61,249 nucleotides of DNA, filler included, from Globobulimina sp. (GCA_003354225.1; 18 parts of 18 records of this genome joined end to end with filler, not necessarily neighbours in it), one strand, 5' to 3'; numbered from the whole stretch's first letter, positions 35,626 to 49,650 are shown. The notes: generated by a model from the sequence alone, not told the origin. Program-made: numbers and translations.

Positions 35626-37413
35626 ATGTCAATGAATCAAAAGAAGAATCGAAACAAAGATAATTACCACAGTTTCCAACATAAAGTGGTAAAAGGTAAT
35701 AGTCGTCGAGTGAAATTATCTCGTCCCACAGATAACATCTTTATCTCTGGCCCCGTTCAATACGAACCCAGTAATCAACCAATAAGCCAAGCTAATTTTA
35801 TCCATGCTACAACTACAAATCATCATCATTCGTCACGTTCCACCAGAAATGCGTGGGCCAATAACAAAAACACAAATAACACAAACACCACCAATGTCAC
35901 TACACAAAACACACAAAACCCACATCCGTCCACGCAACAAAACATCGCTCCAATCCCGCGTCGCGATGTTGAGTTCCCCGCCTTGGCCGAAAACACCACC
36001 AAAAACAATAAAAACAACACCAAAAACACCACCAAAAAACCCACCAAACCTTCCATTATAGAACCTGAATCTTCGTGGCTTCAATACGACGACGACAACG
36101 CCATGGATAACATGGACGATTATGATAACAACTCAAATAACAATAAACCACATCCATCCTTACATACTAAGAACAATAATGACTCATCACAAATAAATAA
36201 AGATGTCGATAATAACACATCAACCAAAACCAACACAAACACCAACACCAACAGCAACACCAACACCAATGCCAATAACAATACTAAGCCTAATAGATTC
36301 CCCTCACATTATAATAGTAATAGATTCAATGACGACCAAAACCAAAACACCAACAACAATTATGACAACCAAGCCTCTGCCACTGCCTCCAACCAAGGCT
36401 CTAGACAGCATCAAAACTATTCGCGACCGCCATATCAACGCAGAGCGCCCAATAACATCATCAATGTCAATGTAGGCTCCTATGAACGTATGCAATTATC
36501 CGATCCATTATAGTTTATAATATATATTTATCTGCGAATTTGCGTACCACTCCATACCATACCAGGCCACGTCACTAAGAACAATGGCTATTATCAGCAA
36601 CAACACGCCGCCGTATTGGACGGATTCAATTCCAACAAAGCACGCCATGCCTCTAAAAAACGCCGCTATAACAAATACAACATCAAAATCCGTAAAACCG
36701 GGCGCGACGACAATGGAGATATCCATTGGAGCGCCAGCAGCAAAAAACGCTTTCTCCCCAACGGCAGCATTCAAAATTTCACGCCTGAATTCAAACCTTA
36801 CCGTCGCCCGTCGTACAACGCCTTCTTGCAAGCCATCAAAGACCGCGACAAACGCGACGACGAACAATTGGAGCAATTCCAGCGAGATCGCAAATATTTC
36901 GCCAAATTGCACAGCAATCAGCATTTGAGTCGCTTGAAACAGGCCAAATTAGCCGCAGAACAGGAAAAATTATTAGCGCAACACAGCAAACCCGCCCTCC
37001 TCTCCGCGGACACCCAAACGCAGCCACTGTCCCATACACACACACAGCCGCAGCGCGGGCGCAATATCTCGCGAACGCGCCATTTACTGCAACAGCAACA
37101 ATTGTATGCCTCGCAAATGGGACTCAACGCCTCGTTGTTGAGCAACATCCATCGCCCCTCGCCGCCCGGCATTGCGCCACACCCCGTGACCACCACTGCG
37201 ACCGCGGCAGCCATGGAAAATAACTTAAACACTTTGCTACGAAACATGAACATATCGAGCAGCAACACCAACACACCGCCCATCATTCCCTTCAAAGCGC
37301 CCACACCGACACAGATCTTGTCGTTGCAGCAACAGACGCAGTTATTGCATAACAGCCAGATCTCTCCCAACCCCGTGCCTCAATTGAGTGTAAATAGAAG
37401 CTTTCCATTTTAT
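35626..37413 (+). CDS. Asn/Thr/Gln-rich low-complexity protein, at least 2 exons, 3' partial
   Basis: Intron 36488-36565 (GTATGC...CCAG) joins GSYE-R-HVTKNNGYY in frame. Confidence 0.7.
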
Positions 37414-37517
37414 NNNNNNNNNNNNNNNNNNNNNNNNNNNNNNNNNNNNNNNNNNNNTTAATTAATTAANNNNNNNNNNNNNNNNNNNNNNNNNNNNNNN
37501 NNNNNNNNNNNNNAAAG

Positions 37518-37601
37518 ATTGCGAGGGAACGCAATAATATTGCGAGGGAACGCAATAATATTGCGAGGGAACGCAATAATATTGCGAGGGAACGCAATAA
37601 T
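37518..37601. repeat. 21-nt palindromic minisatellite ATTGCGAGGGAACGCAATAAT x4
   Basis: Four identical tandem copies, each able to form an ATTGCG/CGCAAT hairpin, upstream of a splice acceptor. Confidence 0.95.
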
Positions 37602-37635
37602 ATTATCTTTTTTTTTCTTGCTCATGTCCCTTTAG

Positions 37636-38059
37636 GGGCTCCGTATCATTCCTCATCACAGAAGTGATCTTTTACTACAGTCACAGGTGGGTCAGCAAGT
37701 TGGGCAGAAATGTGAAATCAATCAAAGACATCTAGGCACGTTTACCATGTTCAATGATTAATGTAAATCACAGATTACTGCACTATGGCCCCTTCTACAA
37801 GGCCATCCACAAGAAGCACCACGAGTGGCAGGCTCCGATTGGTCTCTCTGCTCTCTACGCCCACCCAGTGGAGTACCTTGTGGGCAATACCTTCGCCGTG
37901 GTGGCTGGTCCCCTCGTGATGAGGTCACACGTGCTGACCATGTGGCTATGGTTGTTTGGTGCCATGGTGGACACTATTTTTGCACACAGTGGCTACCACC
38001 TGCCATTTGCACCAAAGTCACCCCAGTTCCATGACTTCCATCACTTTCATGTGGTGTAA
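37636..38059 (+). CDS. FAXDC2: Fatty acid hydroxylase / sterol desaturase (FAXDC2-like) fragment, 2 exons
   Basis: EVIFYYSHR-LLH across intron 37687-37773, IHKKHHEW, YAHPVE, HSGYHLP, FHDFHH. More GC-rich than the rest of the contig and ends abruptly. Confidence 0.8.
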
Positions 38060-38188
38060 ACCCCGCATCTGAACACTCTTCGTCAAACACCTGCATATTT
38101 GTTATTTGTATACGCAAAGTGCTTTGTGTGACATATTAGAGTGCTTTGTATACGCAAAAGTAAACATATTGGAGTGCTTTGTGTGACA

Positions 38189-38755
38189 TCACTGACATGC
38201 CTCTGTTAACGTTCTCTGCAATGCGGTGGAATAAATGTTATAAATTTTACACATCGCAGGTTCAGTTGCTGTTGGAGTGTTTATTGGAGTATGTTTTGGA
38301 GTATGTTTTGGAGTATGTTTTTCTGTGTTACTTGAATCACTTTTAGTTTTTGTCGTGTTTTGTATTTTAATGAGACATTCGTTAGATTTGACTATTTCCA
38401 ATGAACGACCACGATATTCTTCTAATTCATGTGCAATGGATGCAATTTGCTGTTTTTTGGCAAAACTGCGTCTTATTCTTTCTTGCTCTTTTTGTTGACT
38501 GGATGTCTCCAGTTCATATACTCTGAATTCTAACGATGTTATTTTTTGCTGTTTTTGACTTACTTCGTGTCGCAACGATTTTATTTCTTTTTTATATGCA
38601 GCGTGCGCATCATCTAAAATTTTACTTTGCGATAATTGTTTAGACGATGAATCAATTTGTAATAATCGCATTCCTTTTTTTTGTTTAGTTATTAGCTGTT
38701 GCAGTTGTTGTATTTTTGTTATGTATTCATTTTCTTTTTTTTTGTGTTGCGCAGT
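38189..38755 (-). CDS. Coiled-coil hypothetical protein fragment
   Basis: Lys/Gln/Glu-rich frame with KHTP repeats; 5' structure unclear. Confidence 0.5.
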   Translation of the reverse strand, partial: TAQHKKKENEYITKIQQLQQLITKQKKGMRLLQIDSSSKQLSQSKILDDAHAAYKKEIKSLRHEVSQKQQKITSLEFRVYELETSSQQKEQERIRRSFAKKQQIASIAHELEEYRGRSLEIVKSNECLIKIQNTTKTKSDSSNTEKHTPKHTPKHTPINTPTATEPAMCKIYNIYSTALQRTLTEACQ

Positions 38756-39020
38756 TAATCTTAATTAAACCTCTTTGTATTTTGTTGAATTTTGGGCGTT
38801 TAAATTTTTCAAAATTTCTACTTTTCGTTTCAATATGAAATTCTCTGTTTGTAATGAATCTATGTGTTGTGCAAAGTGATGAGATAACATATTGCGTTAA
38901 ACATCAGTCAACATACTCTTGTTGGTAGAATCTGTCATGATTCGAATTCGAAAAATAATTTTCAGTTATACTCAGTCGCTAGAAACAGTCATACTCAGTA
39001 ACTACAACAAATTGTTCAAT

Positions 39021-40325
39021 TCAACACAAAAAAACTAATATAATCACAACACTCATCATTGAGATAATAAAATTACAATTAATTACAGTTGCACCATCAG
39101 TCGGGGCTGGTGTATTTGCAATATAATCACCATAAATTTCATTTAAATTCCATTTTGTTGGAGTCATATCACAGCCGGCTCCAACAATCTCATCCGGAGT
39201 TGTGTCTGTTTCATTCAATGATAACCAGTCTATGGCAGACATTGCTTCGTCTTCCGAATACATCAAAACACGGATATAATCACCAAATATTTCCACCTGA
39301 TCACTGGTCAAGGAAGAAACACCAGCATTAACCTCACTTATTAATTGATTTAAATCAGTGTCTACAAAAATATCCAATGGACAAAGAATTTCATACACTT
39401 CTAATTCTGCCTCACCTTCACATAAAACAAAAAAGTATTTTGCTGCTATTCACACATAAGATCACTGATATTAATATCCAGCCAAATGCTATATTTGATT
39501 GGATATTAATATGACATGAATTGAAGCAAAATTACCTTGATCATTGCATGAAAATATCCATGCTGGACAGTCCTCAGTCCCTTCAGATCTCCACGACGCA
39601 AATATACCTTCTATCATTTCAGTCAATTCAGTAAAATATTGATAAGCATTGGCGTCAAATTCTCCTAACTTAACACACGCGCATTTCGCATATGTTTGTA
39701 AATTATTCCAAAAAAATAAAGGACATTGCTGGTCCCAATCAGAGACATTGCATTTTATATATCTCATAAAATCCTGTGTTGCATAACAATCAGTAATGCT
39801 TAGAACAATATCTGTTACCTCCGGTCTTTCAACACAATGCGAAGTTGCATATATTGACTCTTTTTTTTCTAACAAACCATAAAATATTGAATTGCAATCC
39901 ATTTCATCCCCGTGACAACATGATAGCGACACATTGATGGTGACTAATGCTCCGACGTCAATGCATGCATCGTTAAGCAACCAGGCTGCCTCAAAACGTT
40001 TATCTGGGGCATGGAGGCGAATACAATCATAGTCCCACATATCTCCCCATTCACAAAATGCGTCCGAGTTACAAACGTAATTAGACTGCATTCCAATTGT
40101 TGTTTCAGGGAAATTATTCATATCTATTTGCAAATTGTACACGTCAAATATTAATTTGCTTGTGTTGGGTAAATTAAATTGTTACATGCCTGGATACATG
40201 ATTTTGGCAGCTTGAGCGATACAACTTTCACCTGCTGGGCAATTTGGATACGCTCGCGAACAACTATCTGATGCACACAGTTTGCAGAGACATGCAACTG
40301 TTAAAAAAGCAAGCAAATGTGCCAT
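39021..40325 (-). CDS. Secreted Cys-rich protein with a GPI-like tail, 3 exons
   Basis: Signal peptide MAHLLAFLTVACLC; introns 40124-40189 (GC-AG) and 39416-39535 (GT-AG) keep the frame; hydrophobic C-terminus. Confidence 0.65.
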
Positions 40326-40486
40326 TGTCCCGAAGGTTTATGTATACTTTTTCTCTTTAATTATCATCCTTGCCTTCATCCACCATGTCAGGTATATTAT
40401 ATATAATGTTTGCATTCTAATTATTATCCATCAGACGATAATAACCCAAACCAAACTTTACATAATAATTATAATTTATAAACAAG

Positions 40487-40781
40487 GCACCGGATGGAAT
40501 TGGGGTTTTAGTAACAACAATAATAATAACAATAACTCAAATAATAACAACAACAGCACCTCAAATTGGTCATGGAATAACACCAATAATAATAACAACA
40601 ATAGCAATAACTCAAGCAATAATAATTCAACTTTCAGTTGGAATGCTTCCTCAAATAATAATAACAATAATAATACAAGCAATAATAATTCAAGTTGGAG
40701 CTGGCCGTCTTCTTCCAACTCTTCCTCCAATTCTTCCAATAATAGCAATAATAATTCAAATTTCAGCTGGAATTTTAACAG
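40487..40781 (+). CDS. Asn/Ser-rich exon with Trp/Phe motifs (probably internal, partial)
   Basis: GTGWNWGFS-N(n)-NWSWN-N(n)-FSWN-N(n)-SWSWP-FSWNF with codon-phased AAT/AAC runs. Confidence 0.5.
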
Positions 40782-40921
40782 TTAATTATAACTTGTCTCC
40801 ATGTCTCCATTTCTGTAAACANNNNNNNNNNNNNNNNNNNNNNNNNNNNNNNNNNNNNNNNNNNNTTAATTAATTAANNNNNNNNNNNNNNNNNNNNNNN
40901 NNNNNNNNNNNNNNNNNNNNN

Positions 40922-43900
40922 CTGTCCATTTTCAATCATTGGCTCAATTGTTCTTGAATCGATTTCGTCCCTCAAATCTTGTGCGTACTGACCAAATCTT
41001 TCTGACTCTGATCTTTGACCCAAATTATGATAAATTTGAGATTGTATTCTTGCATTGTATACGGGTATTAATTTGATAATAGATTTTAGAAATGGCAAAA
41101 TATACATTTTCTCGACAAATTGCAATAAATATAATGTCATAAAATTCATTAAAAACGAGATTATTGTTTTTGATGCCATAATGATTATAAATTGAATACA
41201 TGTCATTGCCACAATGAATGGAGATGTAATTAATGAACTTTTAAACCATCGTTCTAATAATAAATAAATTATTAAATGAATAAATTTGAAAAATATTACA
41301 AAATATGTTATATTATTGTTATTCACATAAATATCTGAATAACTAAATTGTTGTAAATATACAAAAAATAAAGCAATGGTCAATGCAGCCATCATCAACC
41401 ATGATCGTTTCCATTTTATTGGAATGTCTGGTGCAGATTTGCAAGGAATTAACATCATAGCTCCATTATGAACAAAATATAAACCAAATAAAATCATAGA
41501 ATATCCTAATCGGCCCGCTCTATATTTTTCAATTCGTGTTGGAAGTAATTCTTCCACATCGGTATACTTGCCAGGAATATCAGAAAATGGATATTCGACT
41601 AAATATAAACTATACAACACTAAAATAACCATAATTGTCGGCACTAAACTTAACAAATAACCACTAATCAAAGGTTGTACATATAACCAACTTAAGTGTG
41701 TTAAATTTAGTCCTGGCGCATGTTTTAATTTTGTAACACATATTCTTTTAAATGACCATATTAAAAACATAAATATAACACAACCAATTCCAACTGTTAA
41801 ATATAACAAAATATAAATTGGAAATATATCAAAATGCAAATCATTTAAAATATCCATATAGCCAACTGCCTGATAATTGATTTGTAATTTATATCTTAAA
41901 TCAAATACATCGCCGTTGGCAGTTAATACCGAACCATTTTCATAAAATGAATCAATAACTAACATTTGCGTGGTTTCGTCGACGGGAACATCTTTCCATC
42001 CATCGTATTCTAAATAGGTTTCAATTAATATTTTGGTATCTACATCTTTCTGATAATAAAATATGTTCAAAGTAACAATAGTTGGTATTTGATTTTGATC
42101 TGTTACTTCTTGCGTTGATTTTGAAATGGTGACCGGAATAAATCTTACTTTCTTGTGAAATAATTCAGAAAATGCTGTCCATCCAGTTTCATATTCTTTA
42201 TTTTTATGTGCTTCGCGTGTTAAATAAAATATTGTTGTACCAACCGGTAACTCCCACCATCTCTTTCTCATATGAAGACCCACATTTTCTTCATATTGAC
42301 AGGTTATGTTAAAATTGCAATAATCTGTCACTGGATTCTTCATAAAATCATAAGAATAGACTGGTTTTAATTCGCTTTCTTTATCATATATTTTACAGCT
42401 ATTATTCTTATCATTATTATCATCGTATCCTCCTTCTAACATATAATTTATATATAATCTACTTTCGAAATCTAAACAATTTGACCAATATGGAAACCAT
42501 GCAAATACCAACATATCCCGCGTATCACTGCCCTGATAACCAAATTCAAAGAAGAATTCATCATGAAATAAATCCCATTCTTGAGGGTCTTGATACATAT
42601 CAGAAATACTTATATCAGCATCAGAGATCAGGTCAACAGTTATTGATTCAAAGGAAGAATTTGTAATTAAGTTAAATGGTAATCCCGAAGCTTGATCAAC
42701 AACATCTTCTTTTTTAATCACTGCATATATTGCCGGATTATCATTATTCCCACTCGATGTTTTTGCAAATCGCGATGGTTGAAACACGGAAATATTGACT
42801 GTATTTTGAAATAAATGGGTTAAATGGCGATATGTTCCATGAATAATCTCCACCCGAATAAATACATCAATTTTGCCTGTATTAAAAAATAAATTTAATT
42901 TGAATCTTCGCTTATGTTGAATAGTGTCGTCTCTTTGTTTGAACCATTCACCGATTGGGTATAAATATGGTTCTTTTGATCCGGAATCATCCAATGTATC
43001 CACTAAATATCTATGCGTATCATTTATACGCACAATGGATTCATTTGATGGCACATAATATATATTCATTACAAAATGTTTATAATACATTAGATAGACT
43101 GGAATGTAGCTCCAATCAATGTCCAAAATTAATATGCTTCCACTATTAAATGTTAAATTATTATAGCCAATAGTTTCATGGATTGGATTCGTTCTATTTA
43201 GCGTAGTACACAACGGAGCTATACAATTTAATTCACATTGAACCAGACTAGTCGCACTTGTACTTGTTGTGGTCCCTTGCGGACATTTAAATGCCTCACA
43301 ATCTGCGTTATATAGTATATGGTCACTATCATAACACGGTAATTGTACATGAACCCCGGAGTAAGAATGAGAAGGACAATAATAACCCTCTGGGCATATA
43401 TTATCAGACATGCTCAGATCAGAAGTACCATTTGGACAAAAATAACCAGCTAAGCACGGCGTATCCAATTTGGAATACGGCGTAGTGCCAACACCACAAT
43501 AAAAGCCGCCTGGGCATAATGTAACTCTTGACTCGTACAAATTTGTTCCATTCCCACATACAAAGCCTTGTGGACATAAAAAGTGTAAACTTGTTGGGTG
43601 TTGGGTTAAGCCTGGACTGCCACAGACCCATCCGGGTTTACATAAAATACACTCGCTTTCCGCACCCAAACCAGTCGAATTTGAATATGTGCCATCCGGA
43701 CATCGCGCACATTCGATACTATCTAAATCTTCGCGGAAATAACCACGATCGCATATGTCCGGTACAATTGTCCCACCATTCACACATTCATAACCTGGCG
43801 GACATATATCGCAATAATCCATATTACTGCAATTGGCATACGTTCCGGGTAAACATATCCATTCTGTGGACATTGCAAAGTGTGGATTATAATATCCAGG

Positions 43901-44227
43901 CTGAGTGATATTTGGTTGAATGGATCCTTCGGCGCAGAACTCGCCCGGTGCACAACGACCAGTTCCTTTGGCATCGCATGAACCCGCTCCACAGTAAAAA
44001 CCTTTTGTACAAATCTGCGGAGTAGTTCTGTCATAACGGACTGAATAATTTGCAGATGTGGCGGTGCCAGGACCACAATAATAACCTGCTTCACATAATA
44101 TTGGTGTAATTGCGTCTGTTTCATGTATAATGGTAGCATAACCAGAAATAACTCGTGTTACATTTGTTTTGTATGTATTTGTGCCAGGTAAACAATAAAA
44201 ACATGCTGGACATAATCTGTCAGGTTC
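40922..44227 (-). CDS. Large Cys-repeat (GCC2/GCC3, ephrin-receptor-like) multi-pass membrane protein, partial at both ends
   Basis: One frame spans the contig: many CPxG(Y/F)xC repeats, a luminal domain, then several TM helices. Confidence 0.82.
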
Positions 44228-44512
44228 TGNNNNNNNNNNNNNNNNNNNNNNNNNNNNNNNNNNNNNNNNNNNNTTAATTAATTAANNNNNNNNNNNNNNN
44301 NNNNNNNNNNNNNNNNNNNNNNNNNNNNNTCATAAAATAATTGTGTGATTTGCGAGAGAGTTTGCTATTTTATATTTTATTTTATTTTATTATATTTTAT
44401 ATTGCAACATACTTTTATTTTGTTTTATTTGTAATAAACAGATGTCAACGGCCTACAAGCAACAATATCGTGATTCTTACAAGCAACAATTTAAGTTAAT
44501 TAAATTAATTAT

Positions 44513-47494
44513 TTATTTCCATTTTTGAAACAGTTTTCTATTGTCACATTCCATGGATATCCTCAAAACTTTCATTAATAATTTCATTGACATAAATGTG
44601 CCGGCCAAGCGAAAGGATAATAACATTTTATTACCTTGTTCTGTGGCTCCATCATTGATATTCGACATTAATCCATTTCCATATTTGTAGCTTCGACAAC
44701 AATACAAATCACCACATTTATGACCATTTGCATGTGGCTCATCCATAGTAAATACTGTATTTTCAAAATATTTATATTCCCTTAATAATGCGGAGTCTTT
44801 TGTTTTGCATGGATTATCATATACGATATGTTCGGGTGCGACATCCATAGTGCACGTACACGCAGATATTACATCATCAACGCTCTCTCCATCCTTGCAA
44901 ACATGTGTTAATATCCCAACGCGATGCGGACAACGTCCAATCATTACAGCAGATGTCATTTGTGATTGTTGTACGTATGTTTTATTGCATTTTGAATCAT
45001 CCTTTTTATTATTTTTCCCATCAATACTATAATTCAAACGATATCTTTTTAATTTACCGCCATATGCAGAGCCAGAATTTTGATAATCACCAAATCTATC
45101 TGTGTCTGATTGTGACACTGTCATATCTTCTAATGTTGGATTTGTATCATTATATCTATTGGATAGGATTTCTGCTCTTATTGCAGCGGCTCTTTGTCCA
45201 ATCAATTGAATGAATTTAATAATGAATGGTGGAATATTTTTGAATCCATTATATATTTTAATCAATATTTTAATCAAATCATGTAATTGGATGCATTTAT
45301 TACAGAATAATTGGGTTTGTTTTTCCCAATCAATTGCCCCAAATTCAACTAAATGATCGATCAATTTTGGATGAGCTAATTGCAATAAATTAACAGAGCC
45401 AAACAAATGACGCAATATCGGATTTATATGATAAAGTAGTTGTGTATGGATGTCATCATTATTTTCAGCTTGTTTTATTGCATATATCCATTGAAGAAAA
45501 TCTTGCAAAATTATATTTCGACGTAAATATGCATTTAACTTATTAATTTCTGGCGCTTTGAGTGGTTTAAATGGTGGATCAATCCTTCGTTTTCCGAATA
45601 TGTTCACAGTTTTTCGTTCTAAATATTTACGGATTTTGACAACTTTGATAAAGCGAGTGCTATCTAAATATTTAATATTAACGATTTTTTCATGTGATTG
45701 ATTGGAAATTCTCGGTGTATACAATGCATCGCAATATAATTGTGAGAAAGTAATAAATGTTCCATCAAATAAGACAATTCTATATTGATTGGTGCAATTT
45801 GGATCACATAAAAAGCATCTAAGTCCATCAAACCATTCAAATAAATCAACACATACTGACCACATAGATATAAATTTCTTTTTTGACACAAATGAACATT
45901 TGCCTCTATTTAAATATCTATCGATCAATTGATCAAAATAACCACTAAATGTTTTATTACGTCCGCTGACAATGTATTTGGTGATATCAACAATAAGTTC
46001 GTGTGTGAATAATACTGTGTCATGATAATTAAATATGTGTTGTCCACGTCCGTCAAAATAATGTTTTTTGCCACATAAACAAAACCAATTAAATACTTCA
46101 ATTTCTGATATGGATTTGTGTACGTCGTAAATAGTAGCTTTGCACTTATTACTGTTTGTTACACAACCTTCACTTTCACTTGTTCGACTACAAGAACAGA
46201 CTTGCGTTTCAGGATAAAATTTTAAAGGATGACTAGCTGGGTGAACATATGCATAATAATTATTATATAATTCAGAATCACAATTATCATATTTTGTAAT
46301 CAATGAGAGTGGAACAGGGACGCTTTCCGTTGAGTATAAATTTTCTACTTTAAATGAATCACATCCAATCTCCATTATCCTTTGGTACTCTCCTTTTCCT
46401 CTAACAACATCATAAGCTGTATTATCCAATGCTGTTTTCAATGTATCATCCAATAATTTTGTATGTAAACAACCTCCACTGTTATTTTTATCTCTCCCTT
46501 TACTGCCACATTTACCACATTTCAATTTTCCTGTGTGATTTATCCATAAACTTATCTTGACTCCCAATCTATTCATGACAAACATCCATTGTTTTTTGCC
46601 ATGTTCCACTGCCTTAATCAAAAATATTTGAGGATCTTGCGATAATAATTCATCTTCGGTTATATCATGATAGTGAATTTGTGTTGGATTTGCATGTTCT
46701 GTTATTAAATGAGATACCATTCCATGAATACAAAGTGGCGATTTATCGCCATCTGACAAATTATTTGAAAACTTTCTGGCATTGAATTGAATACAATTTC
46801 TATCACAGGTCCACCGCCCATCTATTTTTGATACATTTAATAATTTACCAAATAAGATTTTATCCGTACTCAAATTATATTGACAAAATATCATCCATTC
46901 ATTGGACATTCTAAATACGCATCGATTATTAAATAACAATTTGTTGTGTGTTAAATGATCAACCTCAGAACACACGTATTGCGGATATGAACTATGACTG
47001 ATTGCTGTTATTAAATGAGTGAAATTAGTTGACTCTGTTTCGAATTCTAAAGGCGGTAAATCAATGGATTGATTTGTAGCGTGTGCCGCATCATCGATTT
47101 GTAAATCGTAAAATGTATCACTTATCATATCATTCGATCCATAATTGCATATTATTTGATCCATAAAATTGCATTGATTTATCTCATTTTGATATTGCGA
47201 CTTTTTAGTATGTGGTTGAGCTATATTTGGTGGTTGAGCTATATTTGGTGGTACAGCATTTGGTGACTTTGTTTTGGTGAAACAACTATTGTTGTTAAAA
47301 AAACTTGACCTGTATTCATATGATGATTCATATGATGAACCATTATTAATTATTTGTGGTTGTGTTCTTTTCGATGTTGTTGATGACAGCTTGCGTTTTT
47401 TGCTGACACGTTTCTGTGAGCCAGACAAAATCGCGACCCTTTTATCAACACGCGACGTTTTGCGTTTGTATTGATACGTTTTAAAATTCAACAT
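44513..47494 (-). mobile_element. KDZ (Kyakuja-Dileera-Zisupton)-type transposase with SWIM-like and CxC zinc modules
   Basis: 993-aa intronless ORF. WTCDRNC...CIH and CGKC...CLH, CSC...CLC, then VLFDGT, CPHRVG, GES, VYDNPCK, DEPHANGHKC and TEQGN, the motif order of KDZ/HMGXB3-like catalytic domains. Confidence 0.78.
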
Positions 47495-47536
47495 TATCTT
47501 TGTGTAATATCACTAATATGACATCACAAACACGTA

Positions 47537-47635
47537 TGATGGTTCATTGTTGTATTGGCTGTGGCGCGTTTGATGGTTCATTGTTGTATTGGCTGTGACG
47601 CGTTTGCTGGTTCATTGTTGTATTGGCTGTGGCGC
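47537..47635. repeat. 34-nt tandem repeat, about 3 copies, upstream of the transposase
   Basis: TGATGGTTCATTGTTGTATTGGCTGTGGCGCGTT at 47537, 47571 and 47605, running into the contig end. Confidence 0.9.
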
Positions 47636-48283
47636 NNNNNNNNNNNNNNNNNNNNNNNNNNNNNNNNNNNNNNNNNNNNTTAATTAATTAANNNNNNNNN
47701 NNNNNNNNNNNNNNNNNNNNNNNNNNNNNNNNNNNCTTTCTCGTCGCCGGAATATGTGACGGCATTGCATCCCATCCAAACGATATCGCTGTCGCCTCAG
47801 GAATTGAACCTGAATCTTCTGGATCAATGCAGTGCTCTGCTTGAGCTAGGCGACGTTTATCCATTATCGATTTTTTATGTGGAGGTTTATTTTTCAAATG
47901 AATTATAACCCATATGGAGAGACAGTAGAGGCAATAGAGTGAGGACGATTTATTAATCCACGCTGCTGGCAAGCAATCCTCTTAGACATAAGTAGACTTG
48001 AAATGTAACGGTCTCGAAAAAAACTTAGTTAGCCATAGTCTAATCTACAGGGAAAGTATTCGGTTGTTAGAATGGAGACATATTATAAAGGAGAGAGCAT
48101 TGTATATTAACTAGAATTACATATATTCAGTTGACAAATATTAATTGATTATTTACAATGTCAATCATCATTCAACACTGTACATTTCCATTCCGTCATG
48201 AGATTGAGACGTCGTTGATTTTGCTTCAGCAATTTGTTGCTCTGCATCCTGAGTCATAAGAATCAACGCAATCCTTTTATCCC

Positions 48284-48996
48284 TCAACACTTTGCCACCA
48301 CAACATCCATAATGACACCTTGAACACAACATCCATAATGACATTCATAATATTTTTCATTTGTTTTCAGTGATATTGTCATACATAATGTGTCTAAAAA
48401 CACATCCAAAGCCAATCCAAATATCGCTAACATTTGTACAGTCCACCAACTATAATCTGCAGAAATACCCCAAACGGGAATAGTTACCAAAAACTAAACA
48501 TGACACAAAATACTGATAATATGCCATATTTCCTTATCAATGACATCCATTTAAGATTTGACTCAATGTCTGTCGAATTAGCAGCTGTCTTAAAGGTTTG
48601 CTGTAATTTAATGATAAACATCCACGCCAACACCTGGGAGCTTATTAAAATGAGGATTACCATAAACGCACCGAAGCCCAATATCAACTGAGCAGGGACT
48701 GACTGACTGACATACGCTGCAAAATAAATTCCACCTAAACTTAAACTGATAATCCAATCAATATAAATTGTGATGGAACAACATTTGGAGATTGACTGCG
48801 TTGTGTCTTTAAATATGGATTTTAAGCGTAAATATAATAGTACTTCAAACCAAAAAAAGTGCATTCCATAGGATATGAATAATAATGTAAACGATGGTCC
48901 ATACAATATGCTGTCGAGGCAGCCTGTAATGGAGGAGGTGATGCGGAAGATTCCAAATGTAAATGAAAAGAAATAAAATGATTTATGGCCATATTT
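48284..48996 (-). pseudogene. 7TM-like membrane protein with frameshift and stops
   Basis: LYLRLKSIFKDT, FIIKL, KYGILS, LDVFLDTLCM; frame change at the T run near 48490 and upstream stops. Same style of family as 20465-21167. Confidence 0.55.
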
Positions 48997-49650
48997 ATGA
49001 TTATTATTATGGTTTCATGCCAATTTTATGTTTGTTTTTTATGTACGTTTTTTTGTCATAACATTTTTTTGATTGGTTTTGTCATTTTTTTTTGTTTGTC
49101 ATAACATTTTTTTGGTTTTGTTTATCATAACATTTTTGTGATTGGTTTTTCTCATAATTTGTGAGTGTTTGAGAGTGGTATCTGTTTTTTATTAAACAGT
49201 AATTGTATACACACTCTGTTTTAATTTTCAATTTTTAACTTGTCTTTTTAACCTTTCAATAGACATTCTAAACATCAAATTATTACAATGTAATCTAGAA
49301 TATTCTAAAAGACAAATTATGGTTGCACTAGACGAACGACATTTTTTTCTACAATTTATAATATGTATTTTTTTTGTACCGGAGGGTTTCCACCGCATAT
49401 GGTGGATATAAACATGTACAAATCGCTGAATTGAGTTACACACATTATTTTTATAGAGCAATGTGACAGATTGGAAGCAAATGGATATGAAAGAGTTCTA
49501 TTATTAAATGGTAATGGACTATATCCGTTGGGTGGACTGCAAATGATACACTAAAACAAAATATATAAACGTCCTTATACAAATTGAGCATCCAGCGCCA
49601 TCCACAGTATTCGATACCATACAACAATAGATTCAATCGCAAAAAAATCA

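Noticed and set aside
37518-37601. Mini-CRISPR or regulatory hairpin array
   Set aside because: Units are identical with no spacers; a simple intronic minisatellite.
43780-44139. Separate 119-aa ORF or frameshift upstream of the 999-aa Cys-repeat ORF
   Set aside because: The main frame stays open to 44227; the listed ORF is an off-frame shadow.
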